43,597 bases of DNA from Lachnospiraceae bacterium (GCA_045657025.1 JAZOSF010000175.1:1-43597); one strand, 5' to 3'; shown: positions 9,539-19,480, numbered from the stretch's first letter. Notes: generated from the letters alone by a model not told the origin. Numbers and translations are program-made.

Positions 9539-9573
9539 CTTAGTATGCAACACACTATAAAAATTATTCAAAC

Positions 9574-11526
9574 TTATGCTTCAACGGTTACTTCACGACG
9601 TTCTTTTGTGCGAATTTCTTTGCAAATCATATCGATGAAAGCATCCAAAGTCATCTGACCTTCATCTCCTGCAAAACGGCTTCTTACAGAAACAAGTCCC
9701 TGTTCTTCTTCCTGCTGTCCTACAACAAGCATGTAAGGAACTCTTGCTTTTCTTGTTTCACGAATCTTGAAGCCAATTTTTTCGGAACGATTATCTGTAG
9801 TTGCAAGAATACCATTGTCCTTTAATGCTGCTTCTACCTTTGTAGCATAATCTGCATATTTTTCGGAAATAGGCAATACTCTTACCTGTTCCGGACACAA
9901 CCATGTTGGGAATTTGCCTTCGTACTTCTCGATTAACCATGCAAGTGTTCTCTCATAGCAACCCATGGAAGTTCTGTGGATAATATAAGGGCGAACCTTT
10001 TCACCATTCTGGTCAATGTAGTACATATCAAACTGCTCTGCCAAAACTGCATCCCACTGAATGGTAATCATGGTATCTTCTTTGCCATATACGTTCTTTG
10101 CCTGGATATCAACCTTAGGTCCGTAGAAAGCTGCTTCCCCTTCTTCTTCAAAAAATGGAATTTCCAACTCTGTAAGAACCTGACGGATATGTCCCTGTGT
10201 TTCTTCCCAAACTTCTTCGGAACCAACGTACTTTTCTTTGTTGTTTGGATCCCATTTGGAAAGACGATATCTAACGTCCTCACCTACGCCTAATGTATCC
10301 AAGCAATATTTAGCAAGTGCAAGACAGCCCTTGAACTCTTCTACCATCTGATCCGGACGAACAATCAAGTGGCCTTCTGAAATGGTAAACTGGCGAACAC
10401 GTGTTAAACCATGCATTTCACCGGAATCCTCGTTACGGAACAAGGTAGAGGTTTCACCGTAACGGATTGGTAAATCTCTGTAAGATTTCTGGCTTGCTTT
10501 ATAAACATAATACTGGAACGGACATGTCATTGGACGAAGTGCAAATACTTCTTTGTCTTTGTCTTCATCACCTAATACAAACATACCCTCTTTGTAGTGA
10601 TCCCAGTGGCCGGAAATCTTATACAAATCACTCTTTGCCATAAGAGGTGTCTTGGTACGAACATAACCGCGTTTTTCTTCTTCATCTTCGATCCATCTTT
10701 GCATGGTCTGAATCATTTTTGCGCCCTTTGGCATAAGAAGCGGCAATCCCTGACCGATAACATCAACGGTGGTAAATAATTCCATTTCACGACCTAATTT
10801 ATTATGGTCACGTAATTTGATATTTTCTAAATATTCTAAGTATTCTGCAAGTTCTTCTTTTTTGTTAAATGCAGTACCGTAAATACGCTGTAACATAGCA
10901 TTTTCAGATTTACCACGCCAGTAAGCGCCTGAAGAAGAAATAAGCTTAAATGCTTTGATGTTCTTGGTACTCATAAGGTGTGGACCTGCACAAAGGTCAA
11001 CAAAATCACCTTGGCGATAGAAGCTGATAATTGCGTCTTCCGGAAGATCGCGAATAAGCTCAACCTTGTAAGGTTCACCCTTTTCTTCCATAAACTTCAT
11101 AGCCTCTTCTCTAGGCATGGTGAACTTCTCTAACGCAGCACCTTCTTTGATGATTTTCTTCATCTCAGCTTCTAATTTATCCAAATCTTCTCTGGAAAAT
11201 GGCTCGTGCTCAAAGTCATAGTAAAAGCCGGTATCAATGCTTGGTCCGATTGCAAGCTTTGCTTCCGGAAACACTCTTTTTACTGCTTCTGCAAGTACAT
11301 GAGAACATGTATGTCTGATAGTAGAAAGACCTTCCTTATCGTTTGCTGTCAGAATATTCAAGGAAGCATCTTCTTCTACTACAGTTCTTAAATCTACTAC
11401 TTCGCCGTTTAACTCGCCTGCGCAAGCCACTCTGGCCAAGCCTTCACTAATGTCCTGTGCGATTTCTAAAATGCTCATCGCCTGGCCGTACTCTTTTACA
11501 CTGCCATCCTTTAATGTGATTTTCAT
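9574..11526 (-). CDS. thrS: Threonine--tRNA ligase
   Basis: 650 aa with an N-terminal TGS domain (MKITLKDGSVKEY), class II motifs and the Zn site (CPFQY). Confidence 0.98.
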   Translation of the reverse strand: MKITLKDGSVKEYGQAMSILEIAQDISEGLARVACAGELNGEVVDLRTVVEEDASLNILTANDKEGLSTIRHTCSHVLAEAVKRVFPEAKLAIGPSIDTGFYYDFEHEPFSREDLDKLEAEMKKIIKEGAALEKFTMPREEAMKFMEEKGEPYKVELIRDLPEDAIISFYRQGDFVDLCAGPHLMSTKNIKAFKLISSSGAYWRGKSENAMLQRIYGTAFNKKEELAEYLEYLENIKLRDHNKLGREMELFTTVDVIGQGLPLLMPKGAKMIQTMQRWIEDEEEKRGYVRTKTPLMAKSDLYKISGHWDHYKEGMFVLGDEDKDKEVFALRPMTCPFQYYVYKASQKSYRDLPIRYGETSTLFRNEDSGEMHGLTRVRQFTISEGHLIVRPDQMVEEFKGCLALAKYCLDTLGVGEDVRYRLSKWDPNNKEKYVGSEEVWEETQGHIRQVLTELEIPFFEEEGEAAFYGPKVDIQAKNVYGKEDTMITIQWDAVLAEQFDMYYIDQNGEKVRPYIIHRTSMGCYERTLAWLIEKYEGKFPTWLCPEQVRVLPISEKYADYATKVEAALKDNGILATTDNRSEKIGFKIRETRKARVPYMLVVGQQEEEQGLVSVRSRFAGDEGQMTLDAFIDMICKEIRTKERREVTVEA

Positions 11527-11569
11527 TTGATTTCCTCCTAATATGAATAATTCTACTTTTCAGGGGATT

Positions 11570-11825
11570 TTATAAAAATATAAAATCCCCTGCATATATT
11601 GCAATACATACAACATATGCAAGGGACGTAAAATACGCGGTTCCACCCTTGTTGTCTGAGTATAACTCAAACCACTTCATTCTCCTTAACGCGGAAAGAC
11701 GGACTGTATTAAAGTCACTCCGAGGTGGTCTTCACTATGTTCCTTCTAAACTGCTCACAGCAAATGCAGTTCTCTCTGTAAGAATCAAACAAAGGTACTA
11801 TCCTCATCAACGTTTTCAATATATA
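11570..11825 (-). promoter_or_regulatory. T-box riboswitch leader (Thr, specifier ACC) with terminator at 11570-11626
   Basis: Minus strand shows the T-box motif AAGGGTGGAACCGCG (core 11648-11636), stem I elements (AGAGAG, CUGUGAGCAG) and a specifier-loop context GAAG-ACC-A (ACC at 11729-11727). The terminator is UCCCUUGCAUAU-17 nt-AUAUGCAGGGGA followed by UUUUAUAUUUUU. Confidence 0.85.
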
Positions 11826-11829
11826 AACC

Positions 11830-11858
11830 AATATACTACGTTTGAAAAAAATTGTAAA
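11830..11858 (-). promoter_or_regulatory. Sigma-A-type promoter of thrS
   Basis: Minus strand has TTTACA (11858-11853), a 17-nt spacer, then TATATT (11835-11830). Confidence 0.6.
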
Positions 11859-11877
11859 GCATTTTATTACATCAACG

Positions 11878-13539
11878 TTACTCTAACAGGTAAATATAAT
11901 AAAACGGATCATGTCTTACTAACGTGTATGTTTCAAGGTTTGGATTGATATCTACTAATTTCTTTACTACTTCTTCCGGTGCATCCATATATACCACCAG
12001 CTTATCTGCCGACTGAATGGTAGGTTCATCAAAAGTGTCTACCATTATATGGTCATAATCCGTATAAAAAACATTATGGAATGGCCAAATTTGATTTGCT
12101 ATATACCATGTCCTATGCATATTATCACGATCGCATAAAAGCACTAACGGATATTCTTTGTATTCCTCTGCAAAAGCCACTTTCTCTTCTTCGCCTTCAT
12201 ACAAGAACAAAATTTTATCGTCTATATGTCCTTTTACGTATGGAAGGACAATCAACATGCATAATACAATTCCTGCAACAACTTTAAGCTTATAGCAAGA
12301 CTTTGTTGCATATTTTGTAGCGATTGATTCCGCAGTATTCAACACAAAACATCCCATCATTGGTATCATTAAGGCTAATACCGGGAAGAAAAATCTACAT
12401 CCTGCGCCATATACATACAGTGAAATCTTCATTAAAACCAGGCAAGAAACCACGCAACATACCAGACCCATTCCGTACCAGTACCACTCCAGTTTTTCTT
12501 TCTCACCTGTTGTTTTCCAGGATTTTATTGCCAGTATCACAAAAGCAATCACTGTGATTACAAGCCCCACAAAAATCCATGCCAACATATTTCCTGCTGC
12601 AAATTCATTTAACATGCCGCTAAAAAATCGAATACGTCCGACAAAACCGGTCAGATTTAATTCATTTAGAACGCCTTCTCCTCTGTATCCGGCGAAAATA
12701 TGTGACAAACTTGCAGGATACGTACGCACAGCCAATAAAATGCCGACCAACATGCAAACACCATATATTACCATACGCATAATATTTTTTCTTTTTGCCA
12801 CTACATATACACACATTCCGGCTGTCAATAATCCCGGAAGCAATAAACTAAAGTAATGTGTAAGGAATGATAAATAACAAATTATCGTGCCACAAGCTGT
12901 CCATATTGCAAACTTCTTGCCGGAGCTTTGCAAATTCTTCGCAGCCATCAAAAGCACACATGCATAAAGCACATTCCACATTGCGGACATGCCATACATT
13001 CTTGCAAACAATACGTTACTAATTGTGGATGGCGCAATTGCGTAAAGTGCAGTTGCTATTAATGCATACTTCTCTTTATTTTTACCCTCTGTCAAATGAT
13101 AAAAGAAGAACGTAACACCTAATAATGTAACCAAGGAGAATGCTGCATTTAATGAAATGGCAAACCATTTGAAAAATCTTCCCGGCATTAAACTCATAAC
13201 AATGTTTAAACACAAGTAATAAAGTGGGGGATGCACATCCTCAATTTGATATTGTATTACCGCATCAAACTGAAACTCCTCGCCCGGATTTACCATAAAC
13301 TGGTCTTGAACTTCCGGTCCTGTTCTCCAATCATAATATCCAATTGGCAAGATTTGTGCATAGCCGCCACTTGTCCAATAAGAATAGTATTCATCCTCAT
13401 GAAAGCCTTCTTTTCTCATGCCATAAAAAAGTATCAGCCCTATATGTATTATTACAATAAAAACAAATACTAACATGGATATTTTCTTTTTGTTTTTCAT
13501 TTGTTTATTCCCAATCATCCTGTTTCCCAAGTCCTTCAT
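11878..13539 (-). CDS. GT-C fold glycosyltransferase (family 39/83, ArnT/PMT-like) polytopic membrane protein
   Basis: 553 aa and highly hydrophobic. The first loop carries HEDEYYSYW ... HPPLYY, the DE..Y / HPPL signature of ArnT/PMT-type lipid-linked sugar transferases. It ends in a soluble C-terminal domain. Confidence 0.7.
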   Translation of the reverse strand: MKDLGNRMIGNKQMKNKKKISMLVFVFIVIIHIGLILFYGMRKEGFHEDEYYSYWTSGGYAQILPIGYYDWRTGPEVQDQFMVNPGEEFQFDAVIQYQIEDVHPPLYYLCLNIVMSLMPGRFFKWFAISLNAAFSLVTLLGVTFFFYHLTEGKNKEKYALIATALYAIAPSTISNVLFARMYGMSAMWNVLYACVLLMAAKNLQSSGKKFAIWTACGTIICYLSFLTHYFSLLLPGLLTAGMCVYVVAKRKNIMRMVIYGVCMLVGILLAVRTYPASLSHIFAGYRGEGVLNELNLTGFVGRIRFFSGMLNEFAAGNMLAWIFVGLVITVIAFVILAIKSWKTTGEKEKLEWYWYGMGLVCCVVSCLVLMKISLYVYGAGCRFFFPVLALMIPMMGCFVLNTAESIATKYATKSCYKLKVVAGIVLCMLIVLPYVKGHIDDKILFLYEGEEEKVAFAEEYKEYPLVLLCDRDNMHRTWYIANQIWPFHNVFYTDYDHIMVDTFDEPTIQSADKLVVYMDAPEEVVKKLVDINPNLETYTLVRHDPFYYIYLLE

Positions 13540-14168
13540 GAATTATTCTCTAAATAGCATATGCTTAATACGTAGTTTTCAAACAGCTGTCTGCTCTCTA
13601 TCTTGTATCCCGGAATACTACCATTGTGTTTTTTGTACTCCTGACAACCATGTGCATAGCCATCGCCTGTGCATTTTACAAAAGCTTCCACTCGGCTAAA
13701 CTCTTTGTATCCTCCGGGAAATCTCTTTACTTCCCGTTCTTCTTGGATGTCTACGCCAACCTCTTGGTTTGCCGTGATCAATACAACATATTGCCCTGAA
13801 TGAGACAGGTTAAAAAACCAATGTTTTTTGAATGCAAACTCCTTTTCCATTGCACGTTTGTTCCAGAATGGCTTGCCGTGCTCACCTTCCCCATATTCAA
13901 TGGGAATCGGAAATGTCCGTTTGCTACTTTGCATATAGTGTATCAGTTCTTTGCATGATAATGCACAAAAATCGTCCTCTTCAAACTCTGTTTCACAAAA
14001 ACCGATTTGTAACAAAAGACCAGCTGCAATTGCTCGCAGTCGGTCTTTTTCTTTACAATACTTATTAGCAATCTTTTTACGTTTGTCATCTATGAGAGTC
14101 ATTGCTTCATCAGAAATGCTCTTATCTTCCAAATCTTGAATATTCAGAAGATACATTTTATATGTCAT
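13536..14168 (-). CDS. Divergent Sfp-type 4'-phosphopantetheinyl transferase superfamily protein
   Basis: Motifs RAIAAGLLL, GKPFW..., FFNLSHSGQYVV, VGVDIQE and FSRVEAFVK match the order of PPTase motifs. Preferred start is the ATG at 14168 (GGAGG with a 5-nt spacer), not 14219, which would overlap aspS. The stop overlaps the next gene's start (ATGA). Confidence 0.65.
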   Translation of the reverse strand: MTYKMYLLNIQDLEDKSISDEAMTLIDDKRKKIANKYCKEKDRLRAIAAGLLLQIGFCETEFEEDDFCALSCKELIHYMQSSKRTFPIPIEYGEGEHGKPFWNKRAMEKEFAFKKHWFFNLSHSGQYVVLITANQEVGVDIQEEREVKRFPGGYKEFSRVEAFVKCTGDGYAHGCQEYKKHNGSIPGYKIESRQLFENYVLSICYLENNS

Positions 14169-14184
14169 ATATGCCTCCGTCAGA

Positions 14185-15984
14185 CTATTCTGCTGTCTTT
14201 TCTTGTAATGCCAATGCAATCTGAAGTTCTTCTAATTGCTTATCGTCTACTACGTCCGGTGCATTTGTCATCAAGCAGCTTGCATCCTTTACCTTCGGGA
14301 ATGCAATAACTTCTCTGATAGATTCTGCCTTAACCAAAAGCATAACAAGTCTGTCTAAACCATAAGCAAGACCTGCATGTGGTGGCACACCATACTTGAA
14401 TGCATTTAACAAGAAACCAAATCTGTCATATGCAGCTTCCTTAGTAAAGCCTAAAACTTCAAACATCTTCTCCTGAACATCTGTCTGGAAAATACGAACA
14501 CTACCGCCGCCAAGCTCTGTACCATTTAATACGATATCATATGCTTTTGCACGAACCTTGCCCGGATCAGTATCCAATAATGGAAGGTCTTCATCCATAG
14601 GCATTGTAAACGGATGGTGCATTGCAACGAAACGTTCGTCGTCTTCACTCCACTCAAGCAATGGGAATTCTGTTACCCACAAGAAATTAAATTTATTCTC
14701 ATCAATGAGACCCATCTGACGACCTAATTCTAAACGTAAGCCGCCCAAAACATTCCATACTACGCTATTCTTGTCTGCTGCAAAGAGCAACAAGTCACCC
14801 GGTTCACCCTGCATAGCAGAAACTAAGTTGTTTAATTCTTCCTCTGTCATAAACTTTGCAAAAGAAGACTTATAGCTTCCGTCAGGCATTACACAAAGAT
14901 ATGCAAGTCCCTTTGCACCATAACCTTTTGCAAACTCTACTAAAGCATCGATTTTCTTTCTTGGCATTTCAGCCTGTCCCTTAGCATTGATACCGCGAAC
15001 ACTGCCACCGTTTGCCAATGCAGATGTAAATACACCAAATCCGCAGTTTGCAACTACTTCTGAAACGTCCTGTAATTCCATGCCGAAACGAGTATCCGGT
15101 TTATCGGAACCGAAGCGATTCATAGCATCTGTCCAAGTCATTCTTGGAATAGGAAGCTGGACATCTAAACCAATTGCTTCTTTACAAACATACTGAATCA
15201 ATCTTTCATTTACGGAAATAACATCTTCTACATCCACAAAAGATAATTCCATATCCACCTGTGTAAATTCAGGCTGTCTGTCTGCACGTAAGTCCTCATC
15301 ACGGAAGCAACGTGCAATCTGGAAATATCTGTCGTATCCTGAACACATTAATAACTGCTTAAACAACTGAGGAGACTGTGGCAAAGCATAGAAAGTACCC
15401 GGATGAACACGGCTTGGTACTAAATAATCTCTAGCACCTTCCGGTGTGGATTTCTGCAAAATTGGGGTTTCAATTTCAAGGAAACCTTCTTTTACAAGGA
15501 AGCTTCTGATATTTGCAGTAATCTTACTTCTCAAAATAATGTTCTGCTGTAAATCCGGTCTTCTCAAATCCAAATAACGATATTTTAAACGTAATTCTTC
15601 CTTGGTCTTAGAATCTGCTTCAATTGGGAAAGGAGGGGTCTCTGCTTCAGATAACACGCGAACTTCCTTTGCCACGATTTCGATATCACCGGTAGCAAGG
15701 TTTTCGTTAGCTGCGCCGGCACGCTTATTCACAGTACCTACTACTGCTACTACGAACTCACTACGAAGTTTCTCAGCCTTTGCAAATGCTTCACTACCAC
15801 ATTCGCTTTCTTCAAAAATAATTTGTAAAATACCGGAACGGTCACGTAAGTCTACAAAGATGATGCCGCCCTTGTTTCTCTGTTTTTGAACCCAGCCCAT
15901 TACTGTAACAGTCTGGCCTACTAATACATTAGATACTTCACCACATCTGTGGGAACGCTTTAAACCTTTCATGGATTCTGCCAT
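14185..15984 (-). CDS. aspS: Aspartate--tRNA ligase
   Basis: 599 aa with an OB-fold N-terminus, [18 protein letters not shown] motif 2 and GLDRLVML motif 3. Confidence 0.97.
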   Translation of the reverse strand: MAESMKGLKRSHRCGEVSNVLVGQTVTVMGWVQKQRNKGGIIFVDLRDRSGILQIIFEESECGSEAFAKAEKLRSEFVVAVVGTVNKRAGAANENLATGDIEIVAKEVRVLSEAETPPFPIEADSKTKEELRLKYRYLDLRRPDLQQNIILRSKITANIRSFLVKEGFLEIETPILQKSTPEGARDYLVPSRVHPGTFYALPQSPQLFKQLLMCSGYDRYFQIARCFRDEDLRADRQPEFTQVDMELSFVDVEDVISVNERLIQYVCKEAIGLDVQLPIPRMTWTDAMNRFGSDKPDTRFGMELQDVSEVVANCGFGVFTSALANGGSVRGINAKGQAEMPRKKIDALVEFAKGYGAKGLAYLCVMPDGSYKSSFAKFMTEEELNNLVSAMQGEPGDLLLFAADKNSVVWNVLGGLRLELGRQMGLIDENKFNFLWVTEFPLLEWSEDDERFVAMHHPFTMPMDEDLPLLDTDPGKVRAKAYDIVLNGTELGGGSVRIFQTDVQEKMFEVLGFTKEAAYDRFGFLLNAFKYGVPPHAGLAYGLDRLVMLLVKAESIREVIAFPKVKDASCLMTNAPDVVDDKQLEELQIALALQEKTAE

Positions 15985-16011
15985 GCTTTTGTCCTCTTTT
16001 CTATCGTTTGA

Positions 16012-17274
16012 TTAGTTCTTTAAAGAATCTTTGTAGAACTCTACAAAGTCTTGATAACCTTCCTTCATAAGGTTGTCTTTTTGGAACTTTTTATTCTTAT
16101 TCATGCGGGCAACCAATACCTGTGTGCCGTCTTTACGAGCCTCCTGAGCCTTTGCAATAATTTCACAAAGCTTATCGCCGGATACACCTTTTTCAATAAG
16201 ATATGCCACTTTACCGGGTGCGTTCGGAACCGTAAAGCCTCTCTCCATCAAAAGAAGGATAATACGCTCAAAACCAATACTGAAACCACAAGCAGGAACG
16301 TCATTGCCTGTGAACTTGCCAACCATCTTGTCGTAACGGCCGCCGCCACCGCAGCTTCCGCCAAATTCCGGCATTGCTATTTCGAAAATAGTTCCTGTAT
16401 AGTAGCTCATACCACGTACTAAAGTCGGATCAAATACGATTTCAAAAGTATCTTCCTTGGTAGCCTGTACGCTGTCAATAATTTCCATGAAAGAAGACAT
16501 AACGTCTTCCGGAAGATAAGCTGCAAGAACCTCTGCAAGGTATGCAGGACCATTGTCAGCGCTTTCTACTGCGGTAAATAAGTCCATGTACTTTTGGCAA
16601 ACTTCTTCGCTGTAACCCATTTCCACAAGTTCAGCCTTTACACCATCAATACCAATCTTGTCCATCTTGTCTAATACGATGAACACGCTGTCATAAGATT
16701 CCTCAGGAAATCCTGCATACGCAGCCATAGCCTTTAAAATCTGACGATCGTTGATGCGAATTTGGAAATTCTTAAACTCTAACTTGCTAAGAGTTGTTGT
16801 GGTAGCCAAAATCAGTTCAATTTCAGCCAAATTGCTTGGCTCACCCAAGATATCTATGTCACACTGCATAAACTGGCGATATCTGCCTCTCTGAGGTCTG
16901 TCTGCGCGCCATACGTTGCCCATTTGAAGTGCCTTAAAAGGACTGGGAAGATTGTTGGCATTATTGCTGTAAAAACGTACAAGCGGTACAGTCAAGTCGT
17001 AGCGAAGTCCGCCATCTACCAAATCCGCTTCCGTTTGTGCAGTTTCTAAGTTTAACTTCTCGCCTCTTTTTAAAATTTTGAAAATCAGTTTTTCGTTCTC
17101 GCCACCCTGTTTGTTGGAAAGGTTAGAGATATTTTCCACGCATGGTGTTTCAATCGGTGTGAAACCGAATTTGCCATAGGTTTCTTTAATTACACCTATT
17201 ACATAATCTCTTACCACCATTTCCTGTGGCAGTATATCTTTCATACCGGTAACCGGCTTTTTACTAAGTGCCAT
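16012..17274 (-). CDS. hisS: Histidine--tRNA ligase
   Basis: Conserved GMKDILP, RYDLTVP and the class II motifs. Preferred start is the ATG at 17274 (GAGG SD), rather than the GTG at 17286. Confidence 0.96.
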   Translation of the reverse strand: MALSKKPVTGMKDILPQEMVVRDYVIGVIKETYGKFGFTPIETPCVENISNLSNKQGGENEKLIFKILKRGEKLNLETAQTEADLVDGGLRYDLTVPLVRFYSNNANNLPSPFKALQMGNVWRADRPQRGRYRQFMQCDIDILGEPSNLAEIELILATTTTLSKLEFKNFQIRINDRQILKAMAAYAGFPEESYDSVFIVLDKMDKIGIDGVKAELVEMGYSEEVCQKYMDLFTAVESADNGPAYLAEVLAAYLPEDVMSSFMEIIDSVQATKEDTFEIVFDPTLVRGMSYYTGTIFEIAMPEFGGSCGGGGRYDKMVGKFTGNDVPACGFSIGFERIILLLMERGFTVPNAPGKVAYLIEKGVSGDKLCEIIAKAQEARKDGTQVLVARMNKNKKFQKDNLMKEGYQDFVEFYKDSLKN

Positions 17275-17342
17275 AGTTTGCCTCACTTTTGTTTTGTTAT
17301 CAATTCATTTTATCGCAAGCTTATCGGTTACGCAAGATTTTT

Positions 17343-18815
17343 CTACATATCTGCTTCTAATAATTTGCGTTTGCGTTCTATCATTTCTTCGATTTGGTCA
17401 ATATAGAGTTCTACGTCTTTGACATTGTCACACCGTTCGATACGACCGTCCTTACATACCCTCTTGGTAATACTTCCGGCTCCCAACGCCACAATGGTCT
17501 GCAGTTCTTCCATAATGAGAACATTGTAGATACCATATTTGCCTTCGCGGGCATATCCCACATTCTCAAAATTTCCGGACATATTTTTTTGACGATACAA
17601 ATAATAAGGTTGCATATTTAAGGCCTTGGCGCCTTCCATAGCAATTGACATGGTTTCGTCTGTATTATTTATGCAGGAAATATCATGACTCTGAATCCAC
17701 TGTGCCAACTTACTTGCACGCTTAATTGCCAAGGAATGAACCGTCAAACTGTCCGGATTTAATTTCTTCACTTCCTCGATGGTATGTGTTACCTCTGCCA
17801 CATCCTCCCCCGGAAGTCCCAAAATCAAGTCCATGTTAATATTGGAAAATCCAATTTCACGAGCCATATTATATGCTTCCATTACCTGCTCAACTGTATG
17901 TCTACGTCCGATAGCATCCAAAGTAAACTGGTTCATAGTCTGTGGATTTACACTAATACGGTCTACGCCATGCTTGTATAACACTTCCAGCTTCTCACGG
18001 GTTATGGAGTCTGCCCGGCCCGCCTCTACGGTAAATTCCTGCACGGTATTAAAATCAAAACGCTCTTTCAATGCGCTAATCAATCGGTCTAACTGATCTG
18101 CCTCCAAGGTTGTAGGTGTGCCACCGCCTATATAAACGGTGTCTAAAACCTTGTCCTTATACACTTCCCGCACATAATCCATTTCCCGAATCAAGCAGTC
18201 AATGTATTTCTCTACTCTTTTCTTATGTACAACAATCGGATATGATGTGAAAGAACAGTACAAGCAAGTAGTAGGACAAAACGGTATTCCTATATATAAA
18301 CTGTAGCCATCCTCATAATGCAAGGTGCTTAACAGCCTACGCTCCCTTTCTGCTATATCAATACTAAGAAGCGCTTTTTCGGTACTCACAAAATGCTTTT
18401 CCTGATAATATTTTAATATTTCTTCCGGATTCTTTCCTTCCAAAAGCTGTGACATGGCAATCTTTGTTGGTCTGATGCCGGTCATATTTCCCCAAGGAAG
18501 TTCTTTCCCGGTATGTGCACAAAGGCTCTTATACAAAAAGCCTTTGAAAGCATCTTTGAAGCATGGAGTGAAAGCTTCCAAAGCTTCCTCTGCCCAGTTC
18601 CACCGGAATTCATTTTCTTCCAGTTTCAGTTTGACACAGGTATCCAAAAACAGAATACTTCCCTGCAAAATATCCTCTTCCTGCAAGAAATCGTCTGCCT
18701 TAGCAGAATCTGTATCCGGAGTAATAACCTTAATGTTTCTTTCCGGATAAAAAGCTTTAACTATAGAATGTATGTCGTATTCATAAATTGTCTTATTTAA
18801 AGTAATTACAAACAT
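17343..18815 (-). CDS. HemZ/HemN-like radical SAM protein (coproporphyrinogen dehydrogenase family)
   Basis: CPTTCLYCSF radical-SAM cluster motif and HemZ-like length. Preferred start is the ATG at 18815 (MFVITLNK), because the 18863 start would overlap the upstream gene by 34 nt. Confidence 0.8.
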   Translation of the reverse strand: MFVITLNKTIYEYDIHSIVKAFYPERNIKVITPDTDSAKADDFLQEEDILQGSILFLDTCVKLKLEENEFRWNWAEEALEAFTPCFKDAFKGFLYKSLCAHTGKELPWGNMTGIRPTKIAMSQLLEGKNPEEILKYYQEKHFVSTEKALLSIDIAERERRLLSTLHYEDGYSLYIGIPFCPTTCLYCSFTSYPIVVHKKRVEKYIDCLIREMDYVREVYKDKVLDTVYIGGGTPTTLEADQLDRLISALKERFDFNTVQEFTVEAGRADSITREKLEVLYKHGVDRISVNPQTMNQFTLDAIGRRHTVEQVMEAYNMAREIGFSNINMDLILGLPGEDVAEVTHTIEEVKKLNPDSLTVHSLAIKRASKLAQWIQSHDISCINNTDETMSIAMEGAKALNMQPYYLYRQKNMSGNFENVGYAREGKYGIYNVLIMEELQTIVALGAGSITKRVCKDGRIERCDNVKDVELYIDQIEEMIERKRKLLEADM

Positions 18816-18829
18816 AATAGTCTCTTTCT

Positions 18830-19480
18830 TTATATTACAAAAGGATTGTTTTCTTTTTCCCATCCAATTGTGGTGGAGCCACCATGCCCCGGATAAACTC
18901 GTGTATTCTCCGGCAAGACAAATAATTTGTTTTTGATGCTGCGAGACAAAATGGCCATAGAACCGGTTGGAAAATCCGTGCGTCCTACACTGCCTTCAAA
19001 CAAGGTGTCCCCGCTAATAAGGAACGCACCATCTTCAAAGTAATAAGAGCATCCTCCTTCTGTATGTCCCGGTGTGGAAATCACCTGAAAACTCACGTCA
19101 GCAATGGTACAAATCTCACCGTCCCTAAGCAATACATCCGGTGTCACTCTGCAAGGAGTGCCAAACATCACAGATAAATTCAAATGCATATCCTGCAACA
19201 AATTAGCTTCTTGCTCACCTACATAAAGCTTTGCACCTGATAATTTACAAAGCTCACTTGCACCAACAATATGGTCCACATGTCCATGTGTCAAAAGTAC
19301 ACCTGCTACTTGAAACCCATTTTGTTTCATAGTGTCATATATGTGCTTTCCACTTACTGCAGGATCCACCAAAATCACCGGGCATAAGCCGTTTTCATTT
19401 TTTGTGCCTTCTCTATAAACAAAGTAACTGTTTGTCTGAAAGCTCCCTAATACCATGCGACCAATTTTCAAGTTGCTCAT
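18830..19480 (-). CDS. MBL-fold metallo-hydrolase (glyoxalase II-like)
   Basis: 216 aa with the THGHVDH metal motif. The start overlaps the relA stop (TAATG). Confidence 0.85.
   Translation of the reverse strand: MSNLKIGRMVLGSFQTNSYFVYREGTKNENGLCPVILVDPAVSGKHIYDTMKQNGFQVAGVLLTHGHVDHIVGASELCKLSGAKLYVGEQEANLLQDMHLNLSVMFGTPCRVTPDVLLRDGEICTIADVSFQVISTPGHTEGGCSYYFEDGAFLISGDTLFEGSVGRTDFPTGSMAILSRSIKNKLFVLPENTRVYPGHGGSTTIGWEKENNPFVI

Noticed and set aside
11561-11592. The 14-bp perfect hairpin read as an independent or bidirectional terminator for a plus-strand gene.
   Set aside because: There is no plus-strand gene to terminate. The element overlaps the thrS T-box terminator and is better explained as part of that leader (see the finding).
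17275-17342. A T-box leader upstream of hisS-aspS, as found in B. subtilis.
   Set aside because: Only 68 nt separate the HemZ-like stop from the hisS start. There is no GGTGGTACCGCG-like T-box motif and no terminator, so hisS appears to be co-transcribed with the upstream genes.
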